Position numbers and translations under genes: made by a program. The notes under the pieces were generated by a model that ran no database searches, had not been told where the DNA came from, and saw only the letters and a program-made list of their open reading frames with translations. From Chrysomallon squamiferum (Eukaryota; Animalia; Mollusca): 64,000 nucleotides of DNA. Positions 60,279-64,000 of this stretch are shown piece after piece (position 1 is the stretch's first letter; every line of letters starts with the position of its first letter). The stretch spans positions 11,904,001 through 11,968,000 of the forward strand of contig CM022670.1 of NCBI GenBank assembly GCA_012295275.1. Direction: 5' to 3'.

Positions 60279-63200
60279 AATAAAAAGAAAGAAAAAAAAG
60301 AAAGATATATCTTAGTTCATCATCATTTGATCACTGAGGCAGTTCTTTCATTAATGTGCTTGTCTGTAACCTTTTAATTCTTCTTCTATTTTTTTCTTCT
60401 TTTCTTTTTTTTTCTCTTCAAAGACTGCGTAAATAGACATTAATGTTCCAGACAGAGGCAATTTCTCAAACTGACTTTTTATGATTTACCACTGTTATCA
60501 TTTCTCCTAATATCCTCTCTTAACAGCTCCTGTTTTCCAACAATCCATCATCACTGGTGATTTTTATTGATGGTAAAAAAAATTATTAACGAGGATAGTT
60601 TGCACCAGGTAATGTGTTTCATTTGCCATGAATAATTAATGACTGCAGTTTTGTTTTTATTACGACTTGATAAATAACCAGTAGCGAGTGATTTAATTCA
60701 GTCTGTATTAATAAACTCGTAAGTTATCCGTTAACACTGATAGGTCTGTCTTTACGATTTAACGTAAAACACAGGAATTTTTTTTTTTTTAAATCTGTTT
60801 CTCACAGAAAGCAGTGAGTGAATGTTTTTAATCTTTCAACACAGAAAAATCACAAGTGATTGTCTTTAACAGCTGAAAGCAAAATTCAAATACAAACTCC
60901 CTTTAAAGTTTTAACACTTAGGTCATCAAGTAATGGCCTTTAAGATTTTTAAACTCCTGAATTAAATTATTTAAATATAATCTTTTCACAGCCAAAACTA
61001 GTTAATAAATAAATTTAAACCCATTAAATTTGCCTACTTATTTACTTGATGACAGTTATAATATTTTTACACTGTGACGTTCTTTATAATTTGATACTGA
61101 ACAAATTGAGTGACTGCCTTTAATCTTTGTAATTTCATTTCCTTTGCCATTTTAATAAACCTTTCAGTCAGAAATAATTGCAGTTATGTCAGAAAAGAGA
61201 AAACCAGTGAGAAATGCAGATAATGATTTTCAGATGTCCAGTGAAAGCGTTGCCAAGTTTTAGTAAATTCCAAGAGAAGCCATACTTCTACAATACTGTT
61301 TGTTTGATAACAAGGTTTATGTAGTTTAATTATATCTGAGTTAATTTCACTACCAGTGTGTTATATTTACATAGATGAATAAGGTAGATGAATATGCATA
61401 CATGCACATGCACTCACATTCAGTGTTTGTGCATGCACACATGCACACACACACACACACACCACAAAAATGCTTGACCTTTCTTCTTTTTCTCTTTTTT
61501 TTTATATTTTTCTCTCCTTTCCTTTCTTTCCAGTTCCCTTTCTTGTTCCTTTTTCAAATTCTTTCTTTCCATTACTCTTCCTTATCTCATTCTCTCTGTC
61601 TGTCTATCTATCAGTGTATCTGAATTTTTGTTCATTCTTTCTTTTCTATTTTTTTAAAGAATAGAACATCATTTTTATCATTAACATTTAATAAGAAATT
61701 TTCCAGACTTTTATCAGTGTTTCTGTGTAATAAAATATGTAACTGTTTTATTTTTAACCTCTTTATCTTGTCAGGTAACTGGCTGGTTAGAATACTTACT
61801 TATTTTATTTATTTGTTTGGTTGTTTGTTTATTTATTTAAATATTTATATGTTTATTTATTTATTTATTTGTTTGTTGTTTGTTTAAAATCTGTATATGT
61901 AGGTTATTGTGTCAACATATGTATATGATTTATTTCAGAACATAATATGAGTTTTCCTTAATATTGAAAGAAAAAAGAAGAAAAAAGGAATTCCTTTGTT
62001 ACTAATTGAGGGCACTGTTCATATAATCATTTTGATTAGATGGGAAAGCATGTATTAATGGTGTTTGATTATAACATTCAGGTGGTAGTGGCAGAATGTG
62101 AAATAGCTTAATGCTTAATGTGTACACTAAGACGAATTGACCCTTTGTTCCTTGGTTTCTGAGCAAACATTTCTACAGTTGAGTAACAGTCACAGTGTAC
62201 TGAAAAATCTGTTATATGTGAATAGATGAATCACTGACTTTATTTTTGTATTTGTCACAGGAATAAAAAATTTCTGAAATGACAAGTGAAGGTGAAAAAA
62301 GACCTGTTAAGATTTTGTTGCTTTTTTTCAACTTTATTTGAGTTAATTGTCTTTTTCTTTTCTATTTATTTATTTATTCATTTATTTATTTATTTTTAAT
62401 GAAGGCATTTATCATTCTTTTAATGAAATAAATTAGAAAAATTACTTTATTATATAGAATCTCCATATAAATTCTGAATATCTCATTTCAAATTCACTTT
62501 AAAACGCTACAGTAATTTTAGTTTATGTTTATGTTGTTTTCTGGCTACATAAGTCAGTTTTTAAAATAAATAGCATAACTATTAATGATTTATTCTGTTA
62601 CAAATAAAAAACATTTATAATTAGTTGTTATTAAACTTGCGTTAAAGAATTTTATTTTATTTTATTTTATTTTATTTTATTTCATTTCATTTTATTGTTT
62701 ATTACATTTCTAAAAGAACCAAGGAAAAAAAAACTAACACATAATATTACAAATAAAATAAATGTACTGAAAGGCTTTGACAACGAAATTATATTTGACT
62801 TAATTCATTTTATTGGTTTAGAATCGACCTAACTTTTTCTTTTCAGCTTTTATTTTTATTTTTACTTTTTTTTATTTGTTGTGGTTTGTTTTGCTGCTGT
62901 TTTTTTTTTTTTTTCCCCTTCTTTCCTTTTACAAAACAAAATTTGTTTGCTTTAATTTCTAGTATTTTAATTCACTTCAGATAATAGACATCCATTAAGT
63001 AATTACTTAACAAATAAACAAGAAAAAAGTGTTTCTATGGCAACATTGATCCACATTAGTGTTTTGATGTATGCTAGAAGTGTTTTCCGTCGACTCAGTT
63101 TGTCAGAAATATTTGATACTCAGACATAAAGCTTCGCTGCAGACATTAAGATTAGTAACAGGCTTGGTGAACTAGCTGGTTAATATCTACTGTATTTCAT

Positions 63201-64000
63201 GGCTGAAGATATCTGACATTTTCTCTGGCTGTCTTTGCTAATGGTCTTGGTTCTTTATGGGATTCCAATACTGGTTCAAGGACAGGCTATATAACTCAGT
63301 TTGTCATTAGGGTTTATGAGTTTGAAGGATCAACCCTGCTCACCAAAGATTTTGGTCTGTTTTGCTGTTCTAGCCAAAATATCACAAGGAATTTATTTCT
63401 TGATCATGGTATGAATTTTACTGATTTTCTGGGGGGAAAAAGAAGAAAGAAAAAAAAAAAGAAGAAAGAAAAAAGTTCCTTTGTAAAGCATGATGTTGCA
63501 GAAGCATGAATAATTTTGATACAAAACACGTGCTGAAACCTAATTAACACTTTTTGTCAAATTAATTGAATTTTTATTTTTGTTTTTTTTCCAAGATGTG
63601 AAGTTTATAAAAACTATTTTTCTTAACTACAAATGTCTGAAAGGAAGGGAGCAAAGTTTTATTTAACAATAATAACAACAACGATATTTCTATGGCAGTG
63701 ACAAATCATATAGTGTGAAATGGGTCAATGTAGACACTGAAAAGCAATTTTATATCAAAAAAAATTTAAAAAAAGATTAAATTAAAAAATAAAAAAAAGT
63801 TAATAAAAAATAATAATAATAATAATAATAAATAAGTAAATAAAAAAATAATTAATCTAAGGTTAAGGATAATACAGAAAATTGTAGCTCATACCAACTG
63901 CCAGACATTTTTTTTTTTAATTATTAGTAACAAATCTTTTTAACTAGCATTTGTAAGAGTATGCATTTATTTCTATTTTGTTCTGTGTCTGCATTTTATG

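Overview
AT-rich, microsatellite-dense animal genomic DNA. The TLR style and intron-rich genes suggest a lophotrochozoan, probably a mollusc (inference). By manual splicing I can support five protein-coding genes on alternating strands. (1) The 3' nine exons of a TINAG/TINAGL1-type papain-family pseudoprotease (+, 4184-13318; 5' exons not found). It has a catalytic Cys->Ser change, a long basic C-terminal tail and an apparent frameshift near 8779. (2) A 217-aa five-exon gene (-, 15238-19024) made of a PAAK-repeat N-terminus joined directly to the IQANK1 C-terminal dynein-AAA5-like domain, with no IQ or ankyrin part. (3) A single-coding-exon Toll-like receptor (+, 22913-24997) with an Ala in place of the BB-loop Pro. 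(4) MTAP (-, 27162-32619, 9 exons, 279 aa). (5) GTF3C3/TFIIIC102 (+, 34148-49480, 25 exons, 929 aa), head-to-head with MTAP, with a probable GC-AG intron and a splice donor 1 nt after its stop codon. The last 14.5 kb has no recognisable coding exon but holds a ~415-bp fold-back palindrome, a ~40-bp tandem repeat and a 1.7-kb 24/26-bp minisatellite. Almost all other ORFs in the supplied track are artefacts of simple repeats. Homology calls rest on motif recognition from memory, not on database searches.
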